DNA of 64,000 bases from Candidatus Amesbacteria bacterium (GCA_963736875.1 CAVTQH010000002.1:133294-197293); one strand, 5' to 3'; counted from the first letter of the stretch, positions 53,184 through 63,056 are shown. Made by a program: numbers and translations. Notes: generated by a model from the sequence alone, not told the origin.

Positions 53184-53599
53184 TGAAAACCTTCTCTCCG
53201 AAAGCCTCAGAAATCAAGCGCAATTGGCACTTTTTTGATGCCAAGGATCAGATTCTCGGCCGGTTGGCTACCAAAATTTCCGGAGTTTTAATGGGAAAGT
53301 CAAAAACCAATTTTGTCCGTCACCTGGATATCGGTGATCATGTGGTTGTGGTTAATGCCTCTCACATTGTTGTCACCGGTAATAAATCGCAGCAGAAGCT
53401 ATACCGTCACCACTCCGGATATCCCGGAGGCATGAAAATAACGTCTTTCAGACAAATGTTAAATTCCAAGCCTGAACAAATAATTATTCGCGCGGTATCC
53501 GGCATGCTTCCTAGAAACAAACTCCACGACAGACTGTTAAAACACCTGCATGTATTTTCCGGAGCCGATCATCCGTATATTAAACAGTTTAAATCCTAA
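53183..53599 (+). CDS. rplM: 50S ribosomal protein L13
   Basis: ILGRLA, GDHVVVVNA, HSGYPGG, GMLP. Confidence 0.97.
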   Translation: MKTFSPKASEIKRNWHFFDAKDQILGRLATKISGVLMGKSKTNFVRHLDIGDHVVVVNASHIVVTGNKSQQKLYRHHSGYPGGMKITSFRQMLNSKPEQIIIRAVSGMLPRNKLHDRLLKHLHVFSGADHPYIKQFKS

Positions 53600-53602
53600 A
53601 AT

Positions 53603-54010
53603 ATGAGCGAATCCAAACCAAAAATTCTTGCTTCTGCAATTGGCCGGAGAAGAGAGGCTATAGCCTCCGTCCGGTTAAATCCCGGTACCGCTGAGGCAAC
53701 TGTCAACGGCAAACCGGTTTCAGTTTATTTTCCCGGGCTGCAGGCCAAAATCCGTTACGAATTTCCCTTTAAAGTATTAAATCTGGAGCATAAATATTCC
53801 TTCTCCGTCAAGGTTCACGGGGGAGGCCAAATGGGACAATTGGAAGCTGTGGTTTTAGGCCTGTCCAGAAGCTTAGCCGATCTCAAAAGCGATTACAAAA
53901 GTCCTCTCCGTCAGGCAGGACTTTTAACCCGCGATCCCCGGACCCGCCAGCGGCGGATGGTGGGCATGGGCGGAAAATCCCGTCGCCGCAAGCAATCCCC
54001 GAAGCGCTGA
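53603..54010 (+). CDS. rpsI: 30S ribosomal protein S9
   Basis: GRR..AIASVRL, VHGGG, LLTRDPR, QSPKR. Confidence 0.96.
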   Translation: MSESKPKILASAIGRRREAIASVRLNPGTAEATVNGKPVSVYFPGLQAKIRYEFPFKVLNLEHKYSFSVKVHGGGQMGQLEAVVLGLSRSLADLKSDYKSPLRQAGLLTRDPRTRQRRMVGMGGKSRRRKQSPKR

Positions 54011-54086
54011 TATGCCGGAAAAAGAATTTTTTGGCGTGAGACAAATTCTTATCCACTGGGGAAACAAGAAAAGAAAAATTTGGCTT

Positions 54087-54329
54087 TTAGACCTTCTTTT
54101 TTATAGAAAACCTGCGGGTGCTATCGTCAAATACTACTTGGCCTAAACCCATTTTTGAAATTAAAATTCCTACTATTCCTATCCCCCCAAACCACAAATG
54201 GTTCTTCTTTTCAAACCTACGTGCCCCATTTACCGTCATAGGCCTTGTGTTTAAACCTTCCGTTAAAAACTCTATCGACTCCTTAACAGACCTTACTTCC
54301 TGGCTACTCATTTGACCAGAATCTATCAC
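54087..54329 (-). CDS. Hypothetical protein
   Basis: 80-aa ORF co-oriented with and just downstream of the 219-aa gene; no motif recognised. Confidence 0.4.
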   Translation of the reverse strand: MIDSGQMSSQEVRSVKESIEFLTEGLNTRPMTVNGARRFEKKNHLWFGGIGIVGILISKMGLGQVVFDDSTRRFSIKKKV

Positions 54330-54348
54330 ACCCTACACTCAATATCAA

Positions 54349-55008
54349 TTATTTCTCCAGTCCCAGTAATCTTGTGGTTGAATAATGTCTTCCGGATTTG
54401 TCCCGTATCAATTGTAGACAACACCAGGATTCCGGTTTTATCATTCGGGCTTTCTTAATTTCCCCGGCCGGATCATCGCTTGTGTAAAGATGGTAGCATC
54501 CGAGGCGCCGGTACATCCCCGTCTTTTTTACCAGCTGATCATAAAATTGAGCCGGATCCCGGCCCTCTCTTTCCGGAATCGGAAAAACCAGCCCCAGTAT
54601 TTCTTCACGTTTTGCCAGTAAACCAACCGCTGATAATCTGGTCATTTGATCAAATTGGGGCTCTCTTCCTTTATTTTTAATATAACTGTCCGGCTCTATC
54701 CCGACGACAATTTTTACATCTTCGGGAAAATAAAATTTCAGTGTGGATATTGTGTTTGTGTGATAACCCAGGTCAAATCCTCCGGACCAATATGCCAGTC
54801 TGCTGCCTTCGGCCAGTAACCGGTCAATATTCTCCCGTACCTGGTCAAAATAAACGGCCTCATTTTCGGTAAGTTCTATCTTTCTGTTAAAGGAAAAAAA
54901 CCAACAATCCAAAAAATATGAATATACACTCTGATAATCCTGTTCCTGCCGTTGATAAATTATCGGAGTTAATTGATCTGAAGATAAGGTTTTCAGTGTT
55001 TCTGTCAC
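54349..55008 (-). CDS. Cytidylyltransferase-like (HIGH superfamily) protein
   Basis: SGGFDLGYH (cf. GxFD.lH.GH), IVVGIEPD..IK.KGR.P....TRL, YSTT. Confidence 0.6.
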   Translation of the reverse strand: MTETLKTLSSDQLTPIIYQRQEQDYQSVYSYFLDCWFFSFNRKIELTENEAVYFDQVRENIDRLLAEGSRLAYWSGGFDLGYHTNTISTLKFYFPEDVKIVVGIEPDSYIKNKGREPQFDQMTRLSAVGLLAKREEILGLVFPIPEREGRDPAQFYDQLVKKTGMYRRLGCYHLYTSDDPAGEIKKARMIKPESWCCLQLIRDKSGRHYSTTRLLGLEK

Positions 55009-55072
55009 AGGTTAGTCATTCTAAAACTCTCCGCCTCAAAATTCTACTCCTCATACCGTCAAACAACTTCTG

Positions 55073-55143
55073 TCGGGGCGCGGGGAATTGAACCCCGTCC
55101 ACACGCACCCCATGCGCGTATTCTACCGTCAAACTCCGCCCCG
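55073..55143 (-). tRNA. tRNA-Pro (GGG), CCA not encoded
   Basis: Acceptor CGGGGCG/CGCCCCG-A, D stem GTTT/GAAT, anticodon arm CGCGC-ATGGGGT-GCGTG, T arm CGGGG-TTCAATT-CCCCG. Confidence 0.93.
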
Positions 55144-55183
55144 AAAAAATACAGAGTGGTATTTGACGGTTAGCTTTAGCGCT

Positions 55184-55201
55184 CCGTCAAACTCCGCCCC
55201 G
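55184..55201 (-). repeat. 18-bp exact duplicate of the tRNA-Pro 5' end
   Basis: CCGTCAAACTCCGCCCCG at 55126-55143 and 55184-55201. Confidence 0.9.
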
Positions 55202-55242
55202 GATCATTGTATTTTACCCCATTAGAAGCTAATATTTAAGTC

Positions 55243-56100
55243 ATGATTGCCACTTTTAAGGAAACCATCACCAGTTTACAGGACAATAAATATGGTCAGA
55301 CGATAATCGCCAAACCCTTAAAGCAGGTCTTTTGGTACTTTATTAAGTATTTGCTTCTCATCTCTGTATTCCCGTTGGTAATCGGTATATTTCTTCTGAC
55401 CCGCTATCTTCCCCAAATCCCGAAAATAATTGTCGACAGTTTTCCGGATGGATTTGTTCAGATCAAAGATAAAAAGCTTTATTCGACCATCAGCCAGCCT
55501 TACAAAGCAGGCGATTCCGAATTCTTGTTAATTTTAAATCTTGAGAGTAATCCGGCAGATCTGAACGAAGTAAAAAGCGGCATCCTTTTTCTGAAAGACA
55601 AAATGGTTGTCAAAACCGAAGCAGGGGATATTCAGACTCAGACTTACGATAATATTCCCGACTTTTCCGTGGACAAATACCAGCTCTCCGGCTGGATATC
55701 CCAAAACCGGATTAAATTATGGATTGCAGGTCTGATAGTGACTCTGTTGGCAGTCCTTATGGGAACGGTCTTTACCGGAATTTTCTGGATTATCCGTCTG
55801 GCTTTCGGGGCTGTGATTTTCTGGCTTGTCGGGAAATTTGCTTTCAAAAAGACAGTTACTTACCTGCAGTCTTTCAATATTGCCATTTACGCATCCGTTT
55901 TACCTTTGCTTATCTCTTTTATTCTTTCACTTTCCCAAAACGGTATTCTTGGCTATTTCGGTTTGTTTTTGTTTTTCTTTTTCGGTATTTCCTGGATCAG
56001 GAATCTGCCGGGAAAGGAAACTCTCCTGTTTATCCGCCCGAAGTTCAGCATATCCCCGCCCCCAAAAAGTCCCGCAAAACCAAACGCCGCTCTTAATTGA
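55243..56100 (+). CDS. Multi-pass membrane protein (DUF1189-like)
   Basis: TM, loop, then three TMs; Y.QSFNIAIYASVLP. Confidence 0.65.
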   Translation: MIATFKETITSLQDNKYGQTIIAKPLKQVFWYFIKYLLLISVFPLVIGIFLLTRYLPQIPKIIVDSFPDGFVQIKDKKLYSTISQPYKAGDSEFLLILNLESNPADLNEVKSGILFLKDKMVVKTEAGDIQTQTYDNIPDFSVDKYQLSGWISQNRIKLWIAGLIVTLLAVLMGTVFTGIFWIIRLAFGAVIFWLVGKFAFKKTVTYLQSFNIAIYASVLPLLISFILSLSQNGILGYFGLFLFFFFGISWIRNLPGKETLLFIRPKFSISPPPKSPAKPNAALN

Positions 56101-56168
56101 AGTTCCAACATCGTTCCAAACCCTCACCACGGTAATAACCTCAAATTAAACTTTTGTATAATTGCCTT

Positions 56169-57005
56169 ATGAAAGAAGGTGAAAAGACTCCTTATGCTGA
56201 ATTAGATTCTGTTCTTGGCAACCATGCAAAAAAAATGCAGGAAGTATTGAATAAAAATTTTATTGGCTATTATTTGCAAGGGTCTTTGGCATTTGGTGAT
56301 TTTGATTTGACTAGCGATGTAGATTTTATTGTTGCTACAAACGAGGAGCTGTCAAATGAACAAGTTAAAAATGTTCAGAAAGTTCATCTTGATACCTATA
56401 ATCAGAATAATAGATGGGTTAAACGTCTAGAATACTCTTTTTTCCCGCAATATATATTGAAAGAACATTCATCACCTTACATTAACGGTAAAAGTAATAA
56501 TTCTTCAGAAAGAGAACTTTGGTATTTCAATAATGGAAGTGTAAGCATTGAAAGATCTGACCACTGCAACACTCTTGTAACACGATGGACTGTTCGTGAG
56601 ATGGGGATTACCATAATAGGGCCTGATCCAAAAATTCTGGTTAGCCCTATAGAATCAAACGAACTTCGTAAAGAGATTAAAGACACCATGATTGGGTGGG
56701 GAAAAGAATTATTAAATAATCCCGATCCTTATAAAAACCGATTTTACCAATCTTATCTGGTATTAAATTATCTACGAATGCTTCACAACTTACACGAAGG
56801 GAAAATTAGCTCAAAATATAAGGGATTAGTTTGGGCAAAATCCAATTTGGATCCCATATGGATCGACCTGATGGATTATTGCTGGAAAGAACGTCAGGAT
56901 ACTTCAATATCCGTAAAACAACCTGCAAACCCGGAAATATTTGAAAAATCACTGGAATTTGTTAAATACATTATTGATCAGGGAATAGAATATATAATCA
57001 ATTAA
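56169..57005 (+). CDS. Aminoglycoside adenylyltransferase-like nucleotidyltransferase (AadA/ANT-like)
   Basis: YLQGSLA.GDF...SDVDF, RLEYS, G....GPDP, YLVLN.LR, I.SK...WA. Confidence 0.8.
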   Translation: MKEGEKTPYAELDSVLGNHAKKMQEVLNKNFIGYYLQGSLAFGDFDLTSDVDFIVATNEELSNEQVKNVQKVHLDTYNQNNRWVKRLEYSFFPQYILKEHSSPYINGKSNNSSERELWYFNNGSVSIERSDHCNTLVTRWTVREMGITIIGPDPKILVSPIESNELRKEIKDTMIGWGKELLNNPDPYKNRFYQSYLVLNYLRMLHNLHEGKISSKYKGLVWAKSNLDPIWIDLMDYCWKERQDTSISVKQPANPEIFEKSLEFVKYIIDQGIEYIIN

Positions 57006-57064
57006 TTTCAGTAATAATTTTTATTAAAATAGGTTTAAACATCCTCCCAAATCCTCATCAAAAT

Positions 57065-57655
57065 ATGAATAAACAAATCATCATTATTGGTGGTGGTAAT
57101 AGTTTTCTCACTTATGCGGATTATATTAACCACCTAAAAAATTCTGAGGTTAGTTTGGATAAGTTCAAACCAAATAAGGACTGGAAAGACAACTTATCCG
57201 AAAAGCTCGGAAAGAATTATGAAATCTTTCTGCCAAAAATGCCTAATAAGACAAATGCACGTTACAAGGAGTGGAAAATTTGGTTTGAAAGAATATTTCC
57301 TTACATAAAGGACAATGTCATTCTTATTGGACATTCTCTGGGTGGAATATTTTTAGCGAAATATCTTTCTGAAAATTCTTTTCCAAATCCAATTAAGGCA
57401 ACCATCCTTGTGGCCGCACCCTATGCAAAAGATTACCTGGATGATTTTAAATTACCTCCTTCACTTACAAAATTTATTAAACAAGGCGGAACCATTTACT
57501 TGATTCAAAGCAAAGATGATCCTGTGGTTTCATATGAACATATAGAAAAATATAAAAAAGCATTACCTAACGCAAAAACATTGGTCTTTAAAAATAAAGG
57601 ACATTTTAACCAAGAAACCTTTCCGGAAATTGTTAAATTGATTAAAGTGTTATAA
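57065..57655 (+). CDS. RBBP9/YdeN family alpha/beta hydrolase
   Basis: GHSLG, SKDDPVV, GHF catalytic triad. Confidence 0.88.
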   Translation: MNKQIIIIGGGNSFLTYADYINHLKNSEVSLDKFKPNKDWKDNLSEKLGKNYEIFLPKMPNKTNARYKEWKIWFERIFPYIKDNVILIGHSLGGIFLAKYLSENSFPNPIKATILVAAPYAKDYLDDFKLPPSLTKFIKQGGTIYLIQSKDDPVVSYEHIEKYKKALPNAKTLVFKNKGHFNQETFPEIVKLIKVL

Positions 57656-57696
57656 GGACAACTGAGTACTAGACCAAACTGCTCAGCAGGCAAAAT

Positions 57697-58104
57697 ATGA
57701 AAGTATTTATTACAGCGTCCTTTAAAGAAGGAAAAAATAAAGATGAAATAGAACGTTTATGTTTGATTGTTAAAAACTCCGGTTTTTCAGATTTCTGTTT
57801 CATTAGGGATGTGGAAAATTACCAAAAAGTCTTTAATGACTCCAAAGAACTTATGGAAAGAGCCAGAGTAGAAATAGAAAAATGCGATGTTTTACTATTT
57901 GACGCTACAGAAAAATCCACAGGTAGGGCAATTGAAGTTGGAATTGCGTATTCTTTGCGAAAGAAAATAATCGTGATCATGAAGAAGGAACGAGTAATTA
58001 AGGACACTTTACAAGGCGTGGCTGATGCAATTATTGAATACAGGGAAATCGAAGATATTCAAGTTATGCTGGAAAAATTATTTATTAAGTGGAAAAGTCG
58101 GTAA
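57697..58104 (+). CDS. Nucleoside 2-deoxyribosyltransferase-like protein
   Basis: KVFITASF, IEKCDVL, STG.AIEVG.AY...KKII. Confidence 0.8.
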   Translation: MKVFITASFKEGKNKDEIERLCLIVKNSGFSDFCFIRDVENYQKVFNDSKELMERARVEIEKCDVLLFDATEKSTGRAIEVGIAYSLRKKIIVIMKKERVIKDTLQGVADAIIEYREIEDIQVMLEKLFIKWKSR

Positions 58105-58188
58105 TAAGTTCCAACATCATCCCAAACCCCCAGCAGGATATTCTTTCTCTTGATTTTTTTTCTTTAGTCTGTATATTGGGGATTGTCT

Positions 58189-59229
58189 ATGGCAACAGAT
58201 CACAAACTGCAGGCAATCAAAGTGGCAATGGAGCAGATCGAAAAGCAATTCGGTAAAGGTTCCATTATGAAGATGGGTGAAAGAGGTGACAAAATGTCGG
58301 TCGACGTGATTTCCACGGGTTCGATTGCTTTGGATATAGCTTTGGGTGTCAGAGGTCTTCCCCGCGGCCGGATAACCGAAATATACGGGCCGGAAGCTTC
58401 CGGAAAAACCACCATTGCCCTTCACTGTGTGGCTGAAGCCCAGAAGGCGGGTGGAACAGCGGCCTTTATTGACGCCGAACATGCTCTGGATCCCAGCCGG
58501 GCGGAAGCTATCGGTGTGGATTTGGATAATCTTTACATTTCCCAGCCGGACACCGGTGAACAGGCGCTGGAAATTGTTGAGACTCTGATCCGTTCGGGCG
58601 CAATCGATGTCATTGTTATCGATTCGGTCGCTGCCCTGGTTCCCCGGGCGGAAATAGAAGGTGAAATGGGTGACTCGGTCATGGGAGTCCAGGCCAGGCT
58701 TATGTCCCAGGCTCTGAGAAAAATCACCGGGGCAATTTCCAAAAGCCGGGCCGTCGTCATATTTACGAACCAGCTTCGGATGAAAATCGGTGTGATGTTC
58801 GGAAATCCCGAGACTACTACCGGCGGTATGGCGCTAAAGTTCTATTCATCCATCCGTATTGATACCCGGAAAATCGAGACAATCAAAGACGGTGATTTGG
58901 TCATCGGTTCCCGTCACCGCGCCCGGGTGGTCAAAAACAAAGTCGCCCCGCCTTTCCGGGTGGCTGAATTTGATATTCTTAACGACGGAGGTATTTCCAG
59001 AGTGGGAGGATTGATCGATGTCGGCCTGGAGCTGGGAGCGCTTAACAAAAAAGGTTCATTCATTTATTTCGGGGATTCAATTATCGGGCAGGGCAGGGAG
59101 GCAGCCAGGGCTTTTCTTAAAGAAAATCATAAAACAGCCAAACAGATCGAAGATGCCATATGGAAAATCACCAAAGACACCAAACACCCCCTGCCCAAAC
59201 AGGTAGGCGAAGCCGAGCCGGAAGAATAG
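58189..59229 (+). CDS. recA: Recombinase A
   Basis: [38 protein letters not shown]. Confidence 0.99.
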   Translation: MATDHKLQAIKVAMEQIEKQFGKGSIMKMGERGDKMSVDVISTGSIALDIALGVRGLPRGRITEIYGPEASGKTTIALHCVAEAQKAGGTAAFIDAEHALDPSRAEAIGVDLDNLYISQPDTGEQALEIVETLIRSGAIDVIVIDSVAALVPRAEIEGEMGDSVMGVQARLMSQALRKITGAISKSRAVVIFTNQLRMKIGVMFGNPETTTGGMALKFYSSIRIDTRKIETIKDGDLVIGSRHRARVVKNKVAPPFRVAEFDILNDGGISRVGGLIDVGLELGALNKKGSFIYFGDSIIGQGREAARAFLKENHKTAKQIEDAIWKITKDTKHPLPKQVGEAEPEE

Positions 59230-59231
59230 AT

Positions 59232-59678
59232 TTGGAAAAAGATCTTTTAAACTCCTGCTTTCGCCTTCTTTCCGTCAGGCCCCGAAGCCGGCAGGAAATT
59301 CACCGTCACCTGCAAAAGTACACTTCCGACCAGACTTTAATTAATCAAATTATCGGTAAACTGATTGATTTAGGATACGTCGATGATCATAAATTTGCTT
59401 TATGGCTTATTCAGTCCCGTTCCCGGACCCGTCCTAGGGGCAAACGCCTCCTTCTTCAGGAATTAAAATCAAAGGGTATCGGGGCGGACGAACCCGTAAG
59501 GATCAACGAAGCGGAACTGGCCGAAAAAGCTCTTGAGAAAAAACTCCCTCGCTGGGCCGGGCTGGCATACCGGGATTTCCGGATCAAAGCCACACGCTTT
59601 CTTTACTCCCGCGGCTTCTCCTGGGATGTCATTGAGCCGGTTTTGAAGAAGGCGTATAATAGCTGCAATGTTAGTTAA
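59232..59678 (+). CDS. recX: Regulatory protein RecX
   Basis: LS.RPRS..E, GYVDD.KFA, EL.SKGI, FL.SRGF; TTG start right after recA. Confidence 0.9.
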   Translation: MEKDLLNSCFRLLSVRPRSRQEIHRHLQKYTSDQTLINQIIGKLIDLGYVDDHKFALWLIQSRSRTRPRGKRLLLQELKSKGIGADEPVRINEAELAEKALEKKLPRWAGLAYRDFRIKATRFLYSRGFSWDVIEPVLKKAYNSCNVS

Positions 59679-61000
59679 ATTATTAATTTACCGGCTCTTT
59701 TTCGACTATGGGATTTTATTCGCCCCCGAATCAAAAGTCTTCTCCCTCCAAACCTGATACCGCAGAGGAAGTGTTGACGGAAATCACAGCCCGGCTTGAC
59801 CAGCTTGAGCAGGAAAAGTCTAATCTTCAGAAATTAAAAGATGATTATCTTACCCGTCTGGAAAAAGCTTCGGGATTGGGAAGGGAAGAAGCCAAAAAGA
59901 TTTTGCTGGAGGAAGCCCAGAAATATTACTCCGCGGATCTGGCCAAATTTATCGAGCAAACCCGGCAGGACTATCAGGCCAGGGCAAATGAACTGGCTCA
60001 GGAAATAATCATCTCCGCCATGTTGCACGGAGCCACTGACTACACGGCTGAATATACCGTTTCCACCATTACCCTGCCCGACGACAGTGTCAAGGGCAGC
60101 ATCATCGGTAAAGAAGGTCGTAATATTGCCGCTTTTGAAAAAGCCACCGGGGTGGAGATTGAGATTGAAGAGGGAAACAGTCTGAGGCTTTCCTCATTCG
60201 ACTCGCTGCGGCGTGAAGTGGCCAGAAGAAGTCTGGAGTTTTTAATCAAAGACGGCCGGATTCAGCCCAGCCGGATTGAAGAAGTCGTATCTCAGACTAA
60301 ACACCAGCTGGACGCTTACCTGATAGAGGAAGGCAGGAAAATCTGTGCCGCCTGCGGAGTTTATAATCTTCATCCGGAATTGATTTCTCTGATAGGCCGC
60401 TACAGGTTCAGATTTTCATATGGCCAGAACCTGGGTATCCATACCATTGAAGAAACAAAAATCGGGGTTCAGATTGCCCACGAACTCGGACTTTCCGATG
60501 AACAGATTCAGTTAATCAGATTGGGCTGTCTGCTTCATGATATCGGCAAAGTTGTCACCGATGAAGAGGGGACTCATGTTCAGCTGGGGGCTCAGCTGCT
60601 GAAAAAATATGATCTGCCGGAGCCGGTAATCAACGCCGTCGCGGAACATCATGAAGACAAACCTTTTTCTTCAAACACCTCCCGGATTGTCTGGGTGGCC
60701 GATGCCATTTCCGGATCCCGTCCTGGAGCCCGTTATGAACCTCATGAAACATATGTAAAACGCCTTCAGCAGATAGAAGAATTATCGAGGTCTTTTCCGG
60801 GAGTGGCTGAAGTGTATGCATTTCAGGCAGGCCGTGACGTCAGAATTATTGTCAAACCGGAAATGGTTTCAGATTCCGAACTGACCATTCTTGTTTCCAA
60901 AATTAAACAGCTTCTGGAAAAACAGGCGCAATACGTCGGCCAGATTAAAATCACCGCTGTTCGCGAAGTCCGTACCACTGATATCACCAAAGCTAAATAA
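59668..61000 (+). CDS. rny: Ribonuclease Y (start uncertain: 59708, or 59668 with a +1 frameshift)
   Basis: KG.IIGKEGRNI KH domain, SYGQN, LLHDIGK HD domain, ADAISG.RPGAR, QAGR. Confidence 0.93.
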
Positions 61001-61087
61001 TCAAGATAGTTCTTGACAATCCTGTTAAGGTGTAATATTTTGGGCTTACACATGGAATTTTTATTTAGGGAAGGGGGGTGAAAGTTA

Positions 61088-61360
61088 GTGACTAAGCAAC
61101 AAATGTTCGAGGTGGTAGCCAAAAAAGCTCATCTCACCAAAAAAGCTGCCCGGGAAGCAGTCGAAACTCTTCTTGAAGAGGTAAAGAAATCCCTTGCCAA
61201 AGGAGAAAAAGTAGTTCTTTCCGGATTCGGCACATTTAAAGTTACCCGGGTTAAAGACAAACCCGTGATAGTTCCCAGAACCAAAGAGAGAAAAATCGTC
61301 AAAGGCCATCGGGTAGCGCGTTTTACTCCCGGTAAAACCCTGAAAAAAGCGGTTAAGTAA
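61088..61360 (+). CDS. hup: Histone-like DNA-binding protein HU
   Basis: V.LSGFGTF, FTPGK.LK; SD GGGGGTG before the GTG. Confidence 0.94.
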   Translation: MTKQQMFEVVAKKAHLTKKAAREAVETLLEEVKKSLAKGEKVVLSGFGTFKVTRVKDKPVIVPRTKERKIVKGHRVARFTPGKTLKKAVK

Positions 61361-61395
61361 ATAAAATTTTTTTAAATTCCGTTCGTTTTCTTCGT

Positions 61396-61423
61396 AAACG
61401 AGGCGTTATCGCCTCGTTTTCTT
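61396..61423 (+). terminator. Intrinsic terminator after hup
   Basis: AAACGAGGCG-TTAT-CGCCTCGTTT followed by TCTT. Confidence 0.8.
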
Positions 61424-61439
61424 GGGTTAAAATGTAAAT

Positions 61440-62223
61440 ATGAGAAAAAATCTTGCTATTGCCAAAGCTGAATGGCTGGATGCCATCCAGAGTTATCAGG
61501 AAGTCATACTCTGGATTATTATCCAGTCGGTTCCCATTTTAGTTATGGGTGTTTTATGGTCTTCATCCCGGTCATATTTTTCAACTACTCAAATCTCTTA
61601 TCTGGTAACGTATTACGTCATAATTTTTGTTGTCGACCGGCTTACCGGTTTTTATTTTGAACAAAATATGCAGGATGAAATTCGTGAAGGGACTTTCTCC
61701 AGATATTTATTAAAACCGATTTCCGTCCGGAAATATCTCCTTTGGGATAATATCGGCGGCAAATGTTTTAATACTCTTTTCTCTTGTTACCCATCCTGGG
61801 GATCATTTCGATCATTTTTTCAGGCCATTTGATTTCACCCCTGCCGGTAAATTTTGGATTGTTTCTTTTGAGCTTAATCTCTGCCTTTTTCATTCAATTT
61901 TCACTGTCTCTTTTGGTTACTTCCGGAGCGTTTTTTATTGAACAGGCTTTCGCCATCAACCATTTACATTGGATGCTGGATGCGGTTGCCGGAGGTTACA
62001 TGTTACCCCTCACTTTCTACCCGCAATTCCTGCAAAATATATTTAGTCTTTTGCCTTTTTCCTATGTTTATTACGTCCCGGTGGGCATCTATACAGGTCA
62101 GTTTTCCGTTCCCATGGCTTTGCAGAAAATCGGCTTTCAGTTGTCTGGGCTGTATTGCTATACTTTTTAAGCGTTATTGTTTGGCGTATCGGCATTAAAA
62201 AATATTCCAGTGTCGGAGGATAA
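61440..62223 (+). CDS. ABC-2 family permease; two frameshifts near 61780 and 62140
   Basis: IREG.FS.YLLKP, G..LPL.FYP, LPF.Y..Y.P, KKYSSVGG*. Confidence 0.8.
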
Positions 62224-62225
62224 CT

Positions 62226-63008
62226 ATGAAGCGATATCTGCATCTTTATAAAACTTATTTTACTTTTGCTTTAGTCAACAGCATGGCCTATCCGGCAGAT
62301 TTTATTACCTGGTCTGTTATTGATACCTTGTGGATAGTCGTAAATATCGGATTTTTTAAAGTCTTACTTTTAAATATTCCCGATATTCATGGCTGGACTT
62401 TTTCCCAACTGGTGATCCCCCTGGGAATTTACAGTCTGCTCAACGCTTTTATTTGGGGAGCTTTCTACGGGAATATGAAAGAACTGTCCAAAAGTATCAA
62501 CCGGGGAACTCTGGATTTGGTCTTAACCAAGCCGGTCTCCGCCCAATTTGTGGTTACGGTTCGCAGTATCGGCCTTAATCTTTTTCCCTCGGTTTTAATG
62601 GGCGTTTTTTTAATCGGCTATGGCTTTTATATTAACCATCTTCATCCCGTAAACCTGGTTTTTCTGCCATTGATTTTAATTTCGTCTGTTTTGATATTCT
62701 ATTCGCTGTATTTTATTTCCACCACTCTGGCTTTTTGGACCAACCGTCTGCAGAATATTTCCGAATTTATGCCCCAGGTTGCCGATGCTGCCCGCTATCC
62801 GACGGATATTTTCCCGGTCGTAGTCCGCTTTATCCTGACCTACATAATTCCCCTGGGCTTGTTGGCAATTTTTCCGGCCAAAATTCTTCTTTCCTGGTAT
62901 TCTCCGGTATTAATTCTTATTCCCTTATTTGTCGGTGTATGTCTTTTATATCTTTCACATCTTTTCTGGCACTTTGCTCTCCGCTTCTACTCCTCCGCTA
63001 GTTCCTGA
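62226..63008 (+). CDS. ABC-2 family permease
   Basis: GWT, G.LD.VL.KP, YP.DIFP, FYSSASS*. Confidence 0.88.
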   Translation: MKRYLHLYKTYFTFALVNSMAYPADFITWSVIDTLWIVVNIGFFKVLLLNIPDIHGWTFSQLVIPLGIYSLLNAFIWGAFYGNMKELSKSINRGTLDLVLTKPVSAQFVVTVRSIGLNLFPSVLMGVFLIGYGFYINHLHPVNLVFLPLILISSVLIFYSLYFISTTLAFWTNRLQNISEFMPQVADAARYPTDIFPVVVRFILTYIIPLGLLAIFPAKILLSWYSPVLILIPLFVGVCLLYLSHLFWHFALRFYSSASS

Positions 63009-63056
63009 CATGTAATTGTAGCCTGAAATGGCGCTTAAACTGATATACTGATTTTA

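Larger units (their letters stand above)
56100..58135 (+). repeat. Dispersed ~30-bp direct repeats bounding three accessory genes (56100-56129, 57031-57060, 58106-58135; partial copy 57674-57690)
   Basis: AAGTTCCAACATCGTTCCAAACCCTCACCA / AGGTTTAAACATCCTCCCAAATCCTCATCA / AAGTTCCAACATCATCCCAAACCCCCAGCA; 23/30 and 26/30 identical to the first copy. Confidence 0.85.

Noticed and set aside
56100-58135. CRISPR array or classical integron reading of the 30-bp repeats
   Set aside because: Spacers are whole genes (0.4-0.9 kb), no cas or intI gene is present, and the sites lack attC-type inverted-repeat structure
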